A stretch of 64,000 nt of DNA, from positions 85,808,001 to 85,872,000 of the forward strand of contig NC_043002.1 of the NCBI RefSeq assembly GCF_006345805.1, given 5' to 3'. Position 1 is the first letter of the stretch. Every line of letters begins with the position of its first letter. The notes beneath the pieces were generated by a model. It saw only the letters and a program-made list of their open reading frames with translations, was not told where the DNA came from and ran no database searches. This DNA comes from Octopus sinensis. Lineage: Eukaryota. The translations under genes and the position numbers were made by a program. Positions 39,601 to 52,071 of the stretch are shown here, one piece after another.

Positions 39601-41645
39601 ACCAGTGAAACACTGGGGTCAATGTAATTGACTTAACCCCTCCCCCAAAATTTCAGGCCTTGTGCCTTTAGTAGAAAGAATTACTATTATTATTATTACT
39701 ACTACTACTACTATTATTGAGCTGGCAGAATCGTTAGCATGCTGGCAAAATACTTAGATGCATTTCATCTGTCTTTACATTCTGAGTTCAGATTCTGCTT
39801 AGCCTTACATCCTTTCATCCTTACTTACTTTATCAACCCTGAAAGGGTTGATAAAGTAAGTATCAGTTGAACACTTAGGTTGATCTAATCAACTCATCCC
39901 CTCCCCTAAAATGGCTGCCCTTGTGACAAAATTTAAAACCATTATTATTACTACTATTATTGCTGGCCTTGTGCCAAAATTATTATTATTATTATGAGGT
40001 AAGGTAGCAAGCTGATAAAATCATTAGAATGTTGGAAAAAAATGCCTTGCAGTATTTCTGTATTTTTACATTCTTCAAATTTGCCTTTCATCCATCAGGG
40101 CTCAATGATATAAAATACCAGTGTAGTATCTGAGTTAATGGTATCAACTAACCATTCTCCTAAAAATTGCTGGCTTTGAGCCTAGATTAGAAACAGTTAT
40201 TATTATGAAGTGGTGGATTGGCAGAATTGTTAGGGCTTCAGACAAAATGCCATGTAATATTTCTTGTGGTTCTCTGCTTTTTGTGTTCAAATCCAGCTGA
40301 GGGCAACTTTACCTCTCATACCTCTATGATTGGTAACATAAAGCAGTAATCAAATACTGAGATCAATTCAGTTGACTAAATCCAAATCCGTCTCTGGCCT
40401 TGTTCCCATGTTATTATTAAGATGGTGAGCTGGCAGAATTGTTAGCATGCCAACTAAAATGTTAGCATTTTGTTCATCAACTAAGGTCAACTTTGCTGTT
40501 CGTCCTTTTAGAATCGATAAAAGAAGTACCAGTTGAGCACTGGGGTCGATGTAATCGACTTACCGCCTCTCCTGAAATTGCTGGCCTTGTGCAAATATTT
40601 GCAGTTACTATTACAGGGGAATAAGGTGGTGATGTAGCAGAGTCACAGCATGCCAGATAAAATGTTTAGTGGCATTTCTTCCAGTTTTATGTTCTGAGTT
40701 CAAATTCCATCAAACTCGACTCTGTCTTTCATTCTTTTGGGATCAATAAAATAAGTACTAATCAAGTGATGAGGTTGATAAAATCAACCAGCGCCCTACC
40801 TCTAAATTTCAGACCTCATGCCTATATATAAAAGAATTTTTACAAGGGGATGAATTTTTTATTTTATTATTTTTCAGGGAAATAAGGCAGTGATAGAATC
40901 ATTAACACTTTGACGAAACATTTAGCAGCATTTCATCTATCTCTGCATTGAGTTCAAATTCCACCGAGGTTGTCTTTGCCTTTCATCTTTCCGGAAAACT
41001 ACTGGCCCTGTGCCAAAATTTCATACCATTACTTTTACAAGGAAATGAAAACTTTAAAACATCAGATAAAGCACCTTTTGGTATTTCTTCTGGCACTTTA
41101 TGTTCAGCTTTCAAATCCCACCCAATTTAGTCTTGATTTTCATCCCTTTGAAGTCAATAAATTAAAATACCAATCGCTAGAGTTGTTTTAATCAATTTCC
41201 CAAATTTCAGACCTACTTAAGTTAAAAACAGTTCTAAGGCTATAGATCAGTCTAATCATTAAAGCTGGGGACAAAATGCCTCATAGTTTACCTTTCACTC
41301 TGCTGTAATCAATGTCATTGACTAATCCCACACCTTGTCCTCCTACTTCGAAACCGATGGACTTGTGCCTATTTTGGAAACAATCAAGGCCACCAGATCA
41401 GCAGAATCATTTGAACATCAGTAAATAGAAATGCTTTGCAACATTCATTCCAGCTCTTTGTATTCTGAGATCAAATCCTGCTGAAGTCAGGTTTGCTTTC
41501 TATCCCTTTGGAGTCAATAAAATAAACTACCAGTTGATGATATCAGCTGCACCCTTCCCCATACACAAACACATACACTCACACACACACCTTCCCTCAA
41601 AATTGCTGGCCTTGTACCAAAATCAGAAACCATTACTATTATTAT
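36684..41645 (+). mobile_element. Chain of ~20 divergent SINE family B copies, all + strand, separated by (ATT)n tails
   Basis: Heads of type aaggcggtgagctggcagaatc at ~36684, 36918, 37128, 37527, 37719, 38203, 38362, 38655, 39718, 40001, 40208, 40418, 40623, 40884, 41237, 41386. Recurrent ctgagttcaaattc and gcctttcatcc. Confidence 0.9.
39030..39290 (+). mobile_element. 3' fragment of a CR1/L2/Jockey-group LINE
   Basis: SLSLFYHYYCGLCSQEL...TNRYTKSFLPRMSVCWN resembles the post-RT C-terminus of these LINEs. Confidence 0.55.
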
Positions 41646-42829
41646 TATTATTAGATATTTATTTATTCGGTTATTTATTTATCTATTTGCTGAAATTTTC
41701 AAAAAACATTTCTCTCAGCTTTATACCTCAAGACCAATTTCTTGAAACTTTCTTTCTTCCATTTGCTCATATTAAACATTTTAAACTTGGCAATATACAA
41801 TTATAAATCTTTATTTTCTTTTAATCTCTTCTTCTCAATTCTCTTTGAAATATTTCTATTCATTCTGCTCCTATTTCTTGTTTTCTCTCATATTCTATAT
41901 CACATTTTACTGTTTATAATAATTAAATGTATGCTGTTATGGTAAAATATATATACATAAACTCATTTATGTGTGTGTGTGTGTGCATATATGCACAAAT
42001 GCATATATATATATGTATATACATTTATATATGTGTGTTTATGTTTGTAAAGATGATATTATTTGTGGAAGTGCAAGAAAATGAAGACCAAAGGATATTG
42101 ATGTTATATGTTATTGTCAGGAATGTTCTGGAAAATCCAAAGATATATTTGGTGGTAGCTGAGAAACTATGAAAACACTAAAATCAATATAAAAGTGTGT
42201 GTGTGAGGGCATGTATATATATTCCTTGTGGTGAATATAAATATGTATGCATGTGGGTAGCTATGTATATTTTTGGTGTGTGTGTATATATATATATAAA
42301 TGTATGTATTTAAGTATGTGTGTGTAAGCATGTGCATGTATGTGTGTGCCCTTAACTTCATCGCACTTAACATACCTGGTAGCATGTTAAGTGAAATTTA
42401 GTTATTTATTGAGTTTTGCCATCCATATTAAGTAACCAAAAGGCAGTATATGCTATAATGTGTGTACATGTGTCTTTATACACACAGGCACGTTTTAACT
42501 TAGACCAAAATCAAATAATGCTATCTTTGCTCATTGGAGGAAATACTTCACAGTGGGCACCATTTTGCACTGAAGCCGAACATTATTGTCTGAAAGAACG
42601 TAAACTGAGCAAATTTTATTATATTGAGGTGAAGATTAAATGTGTTTCATATATACATACATGTATGTATATATGTGTGTGTGTGTGTGTATTATATAGG
42701 TAGAAGCAGAGCTGTGTTGTTAAAAAGTTCACTTCTCAACCATCTACTTTCAGTTTCACTCCTACTCCATAGGACTTTGGACAAGTGTCTTCTCTTTTGG
42801 CTGAAGACTGACAAAGTGTTGTGAATTAA

Positions 42830-43051
42830 CCCTTTAGTGTTTAAACTGGCCATATCCAGCCAAAATATTCTACCTATTTTTTATGTTCAAACTAGTCAGA
42901 TATGGTCATTCATAGCTATCTTATTGTGTCATTTTAAAAATAAACAATCACATCGTTGAAATCTCAAAGCCATGAAATGATGCAAGATTAATTTTACATG
43001 GTGTGAATACATAAGCTTTACATTTTACAGAATAATCTGAATGCTAAAAGG
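42830..43051. mobile_element. piggyBac-like MITE inserted in a SINE A copy
   Basis: ttaa|ccctttag ... ctaaaagg|ttaa. The flanks rejoin to the SINE A body (ttgtga..|tttagtgtacagaaactgaaag). Confidence 0.8.
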
Positions 43052-43539
43052 TTAATTTAGTGTACAGAAACTGAAAGATACCTATTGCATGTGTGTGTGT
43101 GTGTGTGTGTGCTTTTAATTTACACTTGTCCAAAAACCGCTCAGCTCCAGTCAGCAATGTCGTCATTTCCCCCGTTAACAGCTTGTTTCCTGACATGTTC
43201 GCACCTTTGAAGACATGTGGGATAAGGTATTCTTTAGCAACGGGAGGGGCATCTGTCTGTAAAACAATGTCTCAGTAATATTCTATTCCATGCTAGCATA
43301 GAAAACATATGTACAAACAAACAAACAAATAAAGATGGCTCTCAAGATTTCAGATAAACTTTATAAACTATTATATATGTATATATATATATATATTTAT
43401 AAAACAGAATCCTGAAAACAATACTATTTTCATAACTGAGAGAGTAATAGTGAGTTACAATAATATCAGAATTTTTTTTTATCTTGAGTGCTTGAATTCA
43501 TAAGGCTAGAGCTTAACCCAATTTTTTGTGACATACAAG

Positions 43540-43760
43540 TGAGCAATATGACAACACTATGCTTTGAACAGGATACTAGTTCACTGCAGGACTAACTTCC
43601 CGGTTTTTGCTGGATCTCATTTAAAGCTGAGTGGACGGGAGCAGTACGAAATGAAGTGTTTTGCTCAAGAATACAATACACCACCCAGTCCAGGATTTGA
43701 AATCATGATCTTATGATTTTCAGTGCAACACCCTTACTATTAGGCTTTGTGCCTTCACTC
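43540..43760 (-). mobile_element. Old SINE of family C type
   Basis: gctgagtggac...gaaatgaagtgttttgctcaagaatacaa is the reverse complement of the family C body. Confidence 0.65.
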
Positions 43761-45300
43761 AGAAAAATATTGGTGGTGACAAAGTTTTACAAATGCAAAG
43801 GGGAATTGCATCAGCTTAGCTATAGAATGTGATATCATTTTGCTTATAATAACAAATAAAATTATTACTTCATGTGTAAACGTTACTATAGCTAGAAGTT
43901 TACTTGATCATAGCTTTGTAAAGGTGATGACAAATTTCCAGTTAGGAAAAATATAGGGAAATTGGTAAACATAGGGTTAGTTAATTTTGGAAGACAGATC
44001 TTTGAAACTTGTGATATATATATGAGTAAATATGTATATATAAATATATGTATATATATCTTTATATGATAGTGTTTTTTTTACAGGTGTGTGTGTGTGT
44101 ATGTGTGTACACAAATATATATTATATATCCATAAGTATATATATATATATACATATTAATATTATATATAAACGTATATATATGTACATCGATCTATCA
44201 ATTTATCTATCTCTCTATCTATGTGTGTGTGTATATATATATATATACATGTGTGTATGTGCGTATATCTATATACCAGTACATTTGTGTAAGTATATAT
44301 CTATGTGTTTGTGTCTGTGAATATTGGAATGTGTGTGTGTACATATGCACACATGTATGTGTGCATTTTATACAGAATATGATGTATAGCCAAAAATATT
44401 TTGAAAATTGCGCAGAAATGGAGATGGAAGAAATTACATGAATATATGCATGTGTTTGTGTGTGTGTGTGTGAATGTGTACACTCAAACTCCAATCAAAT
44501 GAAATTATATTGTTTATAAATTCACCTTCAACACATTTTTTGTGTATATTAATTTGTTTGTGGTTCTATCAACAGATCTGCATGTACACATGTGCATATT
44601 TAATTCTTAGATGTTATATGTATATATATAAACCGCTTGCTTGCTTTATTTTAAAAAGCTCTTGGAAAATTTACTGTGGAGTATATTTTTATTGATTGAT
44701 TGCATATATTGAATAATTTTTAATTTTTAAATGGCAGTACAGTTTCCTGCCATTCAGACATTATAAGCCTTGCTGTTTACATTTGTTTTCTTCCCAGAGG
44801 TTGGCTTATATTTTAAGAATTGTAGGTATTATAATAATAACATTGAAAGTTTCAGATTATATTTTTATTATCTGCTTTTCTTCCAGGTTAAATACAAAAT
44901 TAAATTGAAAACTAATTTTAATTTGCGTGGATAGAAATCATAGATAAACAAAAGTTGAGTGAAAAAATTTAACTCGTACTTTATTTTATTTCTGATTTAT
45001 CAATCCAGTACAATGGTGAAAAGTATATTAAGCTGCTATTAATATACATATGTATGCGTATATATATAAATATGTGTGCATGTATGTGAATATATATGTC
45101 TATGTATGTACATACATATAATTTTCCCAGAAGGACGGTGACTTTGAAATGAATGACAGTTCATTGAAGGCCAGCAGGCTACAGCTTCGAAGTCACTGTT
45201 AGCACTTTTCTTGTAAAAGTGTAATAAATATGTACTCTACAAAATGTATTGAGTAATCTTTCAATTTCACATAAAATTGTTTTTGAGATAAAAACAAACA

Positions 45301-45343
<43 letters not shown>

Positions 45344-45814
45344 AATATTAAAACTAATGGTATACACATATATGCATATACATACACACACACATATATA
45401 TTATAATAATATATATAATTAATGGGTGTATATATATATATATATATATACATACACATATGCATACACATGTAACATGCAAAGAAGAGAGGTACTGATA
45501 TCACATTCCTCAGTTACAACTGTTTCAACAACATATGGATAGTATATCATTTAACAAATTAGAAAACATGAATATGAGCAATGATTATGTTAACATTTAT
45601 TATATAATATTCATTATATAATTGAAAAATCTATTGTTATTTCATCATAACTTTGATGAATAAATGACTGAGGTTACTGCCTAGATTTCTGAGTCTCCTC
45701 TCACTTGCTACACACACACACAGACACACAATCTTTACTTGAAAAACAGGTAAGGGTTAGTGACAGGAAGGGCATCTGTTTGCAGAACAATATACATAAT
45801 ACATTTGTCTAACC

Positions 45815-46030
45815 CAGTGTTTCTCAACCATTTGTTTTATTTATGGACCCCTTTGATTCCTATTTTACTTGGATGGACTCTCCCAGCAATTCAATGTTTA
45901 AAAAAATCCTGTTATGTCTTATAAGTAATTGTGTAAAAAATAATTATCTTTACACAGAAGTATAACTAGTTTATTGCAGATAAATTTTAAGAGCAAAATT
46001 TTATGGTCCCTCAGGGGTTCCAAGTGCCAT
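45815..46030. mobile_element. hAT-type MITE, left part
   Basis: cagtgtttctcaacc...atggacccc terminus; right terminus not seen. Confidence 0.5.
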
Positions 46031-46049
46031 ATGATAAATAATGAAAATC

Positions 46050-46450
46050 TTTGTGGCTGTGTTGTGAGAAGCTTGCTTCCCCACCACATGGTTCTGGGTT
46101 CAGTCCCACTACATGGAACTTTGGGCAGGTGTCTTCTACTATAGCCTCTGGCTGACCAAAGCCTTGTGAGTAGATTTGGTTGGCGGAAACTGAAAGAAGC
46201 TCGTTGTATATATAGGTATAGGTATTTATATGTGTGTGTCTTTGTGCTTGTGTTTGTACCCCCACCATCGCTTGACAACCATCGGCGGTTGTCCTCCTAA
46301 CTTAGCAGTTCAGCAAAAAAAAAACCAATAGAATAAGTACTAGGCTTACAAAGAATAAGTCCTGGGGGGTCGATTTCTTCGACTAAAAAAACCATTTAAG
46401 GCGGTGCTCGAGCATGGCCAGTCAGATGACTGAAACATGTAAGAGTAAAA
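46050..46450 (+). mobile_element. SINE family A
   Basis: gtggctgtgttgtgagaagcttgcttccccaccacatgg ... gagcatggccagtcagatgactgaaac. Confidence 0.85.
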
Positions 46451-47084
46451 TAATGTATATACACGTGTGTGTGTGTGTGTGTGCATGTATTTATATATGT
46501 ATGCTTGTTTTTTTTTTTTAATTTACCACCAGGGTTGTAGAATTCCTGACTGTATACTTTGAAGTATATAGTTTTAGAATGCAGTGTTTACATACAATCA
46601 CATATGTTTCATCCATCCTCATTTCTAGTTTGAACCCTCAAACATTACTTTTCATGACTCAGAGGTGAATATAATGAGTACCAGTAATATTCTGGACTCC
46701 AATCATCTGTTATCCTTTCCTTTCATTTACTGGCCTTCTGCCCAAATAAGAAAAGATTAATTAGCTTGAAGAGAAAAAAAAAAATGATAACTTCAGTTAT
46801 TTCAGACATCCTTAGATAGGGACTGCGATATAAATAGTGAGGTTAATGTGTTTTTATTTTCTGTTTGAATTATATGTATGTGGTGGTGGCATGGGGGTGG
46901 GTATGTTGTGTGTATCCCATAGAAACTGGTCAGTAATGCATTATTAAACATAAACTGAAACAAAATAGATTTGCGTGAATTAAGAGATGTGTAATTCTTT
47001 AAAAATAAAAGATGATAATAGTATTGAGTGCTATTATCTATCTATCTACCTATCCCTCTATCTACCTATCCCTCTATCTATTTA

Positions 47085-47137
<53 letters not shown>

Positions 47138-47138
<1 letters not shown>

Positions 47139-47458
47139 GGGCGCGTGGCTTAGTGGTTAGGGCATTCGGCTCATGATCGTAAGGTTGTGAGTTCAATTCC
47201 CGGCAACGCGTTGTGTCCTTGAGCAAGACACTTTATTTCACGTTGCTCCAGTCCACTCAGCTGGCAAAAATGAGTTGTACTTGTATTTCAAAGGGTCAGC
47301 CTTGTCACTCTCTGTGTCACGCTGATTATCCCCGAGAACTACGTTAAGGGTACACGTGTCTGTGGAATGCTCAGCCATTTGCACGTTAATTTCACGAGCA
47401 AGCTGTTCCGTTGATCGTATCAGCTGGGACCCTCGTCGTCATAACTGGCGGAGTCTTT
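47138..47458 (+). mobile_element. Well-preserved SINE family C
   Basis: gggcgcgtggcttagtggttaggg (A box) ... gagttcaattccc (B box) ... tgtgtccttgagcaagacacttt; CpG-rich. Confidence 0.9.
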
Positions 47459-48984
47459 TAGAGAAATATATATATAAAGTTAATCCAAACAGAAAACAAA
47501 AACGACAATAACGCAAGGAGGTGGAACAATTAAAGTATTATTAGGCGCTCAGGAAAAAAGGGAAGAAGTATGACGTTTCGAGCGGAGCTCTTCGTCGGAA
47601 ACATAAGAGAAAGAAAGATCCCGAGGTGGGAGGACAGAGAGAAAAAAAAATGCAAGTGGTCTCACGAGGTCGACATACTGGAAAGGCGGAAATAGTAAAC
47701 AGGAGAGTGTGGGTTTTCAAAGACAAGAGAGCGAGATATAGGGTAAAAAATTCTTAATTTATAATTAATAAATTTCACCAAGTAGTTTCGGTATGGAAAG
47801 GAACCATATTCGGTAAAAACTTATACAAGAAGTTTTATATATAATTATAACAATAATTAAGGGTTTAGCAACGAGTTGCTTAACCACATACCGAAAATTC
47901 AAAATTTCTAAATTTTTCGGTATGGTTAAGCAATTCATTGCTAAACCCTTAATTATTGTTATAAATATATATATGTATGTATATACACACACACATATAT
48001 ATATATGTAGATATGTATAATATATAGAGAGATATCTATATAAATAGATACACACATTTATATATGTGTGTATGTGTGTGTACACACACAAACATGCGTC
48101 TTTATATATATTTAATTAACAGAAAGTTACATAAGTGATTCGAGGGCCATGGGTTTCATGTGTCATCGTGCCTAAAACTCTCAGCCCTTGAGTCGTTTTT
48201 GTAAACTTCTGTTAGTTCCAGGTTCAATCCACCTACATGGCACCTTGATCAAGTGTAACCTCATGTTGACCAATGCCTTGTGTGTGAAATTTTGTAGATA
48301 GAAACTGTAGAGAAGTCTGTTATATTTCTGTATATGTTGTAGTTTAGTATTGAGTTATGCTAAATTACCTCCTTTTATGCCAAAAAAAACCCAGGGTAAT
48401 CTTGGCCATTTTGCAAACTAAAAACTGATAAAATAGGTACCAGTGTGAGAAGAGAACAGGGATCAACATAATTGTCTTCAACTCTTCAAAGCGATAGTGT
48501 CACAGCATGGTTGTAGCTTGGTGTCTAAAACCAATCAAAGAATATATATGTATATATGTATGTATACATGGATGCATGCTTAAATCTTTTTTTTTTAATC
48601 ATTTTTAATTATTTCACTCATAAGATTGTGGCCATGTTAGAGCACTGCCTTGAAGAATTTTTGTCAAATGTATATATTATTCTTATACAAGAATGTTGTT
48701 GACAGTGATTTCTAAGTTTCAGCCAGTTAAGCCATTGTTGGTCACTCTGACAATGACTCAGCTGGCTGAAACTTCAAAGTCACTATCAACAACATTCTAG
48801 TAGAAGAATGATAAATTTATACTCTACAAAAGGACAGAGTAACCCATCAGATTAATGTCAAGTTGTGTTTATAATAGAACATAAAAACAAACATTAACAT
48901 GTATGTATGTGTGTGTATGTATGCATGTATGTATGTGTATATATATATATATATATTAGGGAATATGATTCCAAACTTACAGGG

Positions 48985-49531
48985 TGTCTGTGGGACCAAA
49001 GGGAGATTCTCATCGGTGACCAAAGGGCAAATATATCAGGCTGTCGTTCGTACAGTACTTCTCTATGGCTGTGAAACGTGGCCTATGCGGGTGGTTGATC
49101 AACGAAGGCTGGAAGTCTTCGACAATGACTGCCTCCAGTGCATTCTTCGCTGCCGTCGGGTGGATCGGGTTCCCACCGCCAATCTCCAACTTCGTCTGTC
49201 TCTACGGCCCCTTGCAATGGTTTGGCCACGCATGTAGGCATCCGGTGGGTGAACTGAGCCGTAATGTCCTTCTCCCAACTCCACTTCCCAACTGGTGGAA
49301 ATGCACGGGCGGGCAGCTGAAGACCTGGGCTACGATGATCAAGGAGGACCTCTCCGTGCTCACGGGTTCGCAGGTGGTTGGCCTGCGCCGATGGAACCAT
49401 GACTGGCTCGCTATCTCCAGTGAACTGGCGCAGGGCCATCGTGCGTGGGCTGCCATGGTTCAAGATGCCTCGAGGGTGATAGAAGAAGCCGACTCAACCC
49501 GCCCAGGGTGAATGTTGCCACAAGTACAAGT
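48985..49531 (+). mobile_element. 5'-truncated RTE-clade LINE with TSD
   Basis: TKGQIYQAVVRTVLLYGCETWP..RLEVFDNDCL, LQWFGHA, GGQLKTW...STRPG*; tail caagtacaagt; 12-bp TSD aaacttacaggg at 48973-48984 and 49532-49543. Confidence 0.92.
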
Positions 49532-49833
49532 AAACTTACAGGGAAAAATTAAATTAATAGATTCTAAATCAAATTTCACAATATATAATATATGTATATA
49601 AATTAGAGAAGAACCACCATGTAGCAATTCAATAACGGTATAATTAAATCATACCATATAGAAAAAATTTAAATCATACCATGTAGAAAAAAATTAAATA
49701 TACGATAAAAATTTAATAATAATAATAATAATACACACAATTGCATGATGCTATCCATTAATCCCATTAGGTCCTGTCAAACTGTCCAACCCATACCAGC
49801 ATGGAGCATTGGAACATGGATGTTAAATGATTA

Positions 49834-49872
<39 letters not shown>

Positions 49873-50443
49873 AATAAGCAACAAGAATGACTCCGGTATA
49901 ATCATCATCATTTAACAAATAATTTCAAATGTATCACAAAAAATGGCTATATATAATTTATATACCACTTAGGTATGTATATATATATATATATACATTA
50001 TTTTAACATCCACTTTTGCCATGCTTGCATGGATCAAATAGGGAACATAGAGGTTGATTCTCTACAGTCAGATGCCATTTCTATCAACTATTCTGACCTG
50101 TTTACGAGCAAGACAATACTTCACCAAAATGTGTTTGCAGAATATTGGAAATGAATGATACTGCTTGTATGACAGAGACACTTATTTACGATGATCAAAT
50201 ATTGTCAAGATACACTTACGCACACACACATAAACACAGAATATATAAGTGATGGGTTTCTTTCAATTTCCATCTACTAAATGTATTTGCAAAGTTTTGG
50301 CCAGCCAGGGTCTACAGTAGAAGGTGCTTCCCCAAGGAAGCATGCAGTGGGACTGAACCTGAAATCATGTGGCTGGGGAGCAAACTTCTTATCCACACAG
50401 CCACACCTGCTCCTACATACATATACCTGTATCCATAGCACAT

Positions 50444-50486
<43 letters not shown>

Positions 50487-50687
50487 TATATGTATGTGTG
50501 TGTATGTGTATATACATATATATAAATATATATACACACATATATGTATGTGTATATACATATATATATATAAATATATATATACACATATGTATGTGTG
50601 TGTATGTGTATATATATATATATATATACATATATGTGTGTGTGTGTATGTGAATATACATATATATGTGTGTATGTGTATAAATAT

Positions 50688-50720
<33 letters not shown>

Positions 50721-50810
50721 CAGACATACACCCATATGCTCACACACACATTTACATACACAAAATAAAAATCACACAAATGGTAAGAGTATGAGTATGA
50801 GGCAAACATA

Positions 50811-51604
50811 TGAGTGTATAAGTATCCGGATTGTTGCTATAGTAATGAAGCTAAAGCACAGAGAGTGAAGCCGCCTGACACAGATTGACCTTAAACTCTG
50901 CTGTGCATGTACAGTAAGTTTTAACATCCTAGCTCTCTTCTGCTGTTTACAGCAGTGCTTGGAAGGAAGGTGTGTAGCGTGTGATCATCACATTAACCAT
51001 GACAGAAAAAGTTGAGCAGAGAAACTGCATCAAATTTTTGCCAAAAGCTTGGTGATACCTGCTCAGAGGCCTACACATAGTTTTCAAAAAGTTTTCATTA
51101 TTCTCAACGCAATCAAGGAGATCTTATGCAGATACACGTTTCATATCCAAATCTTCAGTGATAATTGACTGAACTGAACCATAACTAATCTGCAGATCCT
51201 CTGACAACTCAATGGATAGTGATTCAATAATTTCCCCTCACAGTTGCATGCACATCTGCAATGTTCTTCTCAGTTCTGCTGGTTGCAGGCATCTGAGAAC
51301 ATTCGTGAATATCAATATTTTTTTTGGCCATTTTGGAAACCACTCATACACTTTCTACAACTTTGCATAGGCCTCTGAGCAAGTATTGTCATGATGACTT
51401 TCTCTGTTGTGGTCAATGCGACGATCACACACTACACACCTTCCTTCCAAGCATTGCTGTAAACAGCGGGATTGAGCTAGAATGTTAAAATTTAGTGTGC
51501 ATGCAAAGCAGAGTTCAAAGTTAATCTGTGCCAAACAGCTTCATTCTGTGTTTTTTAGCTTCGTTACTATGGCAACAGTCTGGATACTTATTGATTAGAC
51601 ATCG
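50811..51604. mobile_element. Non-autonomous mariner derivative built from two inverted 5' ends
   Basis: ~250 bp inverted arms (50820-51077 vs 51365-51590). The + arm has MTEKVEQRNCIKF at 50999. The minus strand carries VYEWF..ATSRTEKNI..ELSEDLQISYGSVQSIITEDLDMKRVSA. TA at the right end. Confidence 0.85.
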
Positions 51605-52026
51605 TATATATCTACATATACATATATACATTATATATATATATAGTTTAAATGTACATGTATATATGTGTTTGTGTGTGTATTTATATATGTGTGTAAA
51701 TATATGTAAGTATGTGTTTATATATATATATGTATGTATATTACGTACATACATACATATTTGTATATATATGTATATGTATATTATTCATATATGTTAA
51801 CTGGAGAAATGTTTATATCTTGGTTCTGGATAATCTTGTATTTAAAATAGTATTTTCTGATGAAGACAAGTTGATCTTAATTCTGAAATTGTGTATTAAG
51901 AATACTGTGTGCATGATTATTATTATTTTTTTTTATATATTTCTTTTTAATAAAACTCATTAAACATGTCATAATGAAATGCTAAGGGCAGGAGATGAAT
52001 TCTTGTCACTCTCATCTTATTGAAAA

Positions 52027-52071
<45 letters not shown>

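Noticed and set aside
47138-47210. Possible tRNA gene (A and B boxes)
   Set aside because: Continues directly into a SINE body shared by several copies; no complete cloverleaf with terminator is evident.
49625-49705. ~28 bp tandem triplication aattaaatcataccatatagaaaaa
   Set aside because: Ordinary slippage duplication in an AT-rich repeat remnant; no further structure.
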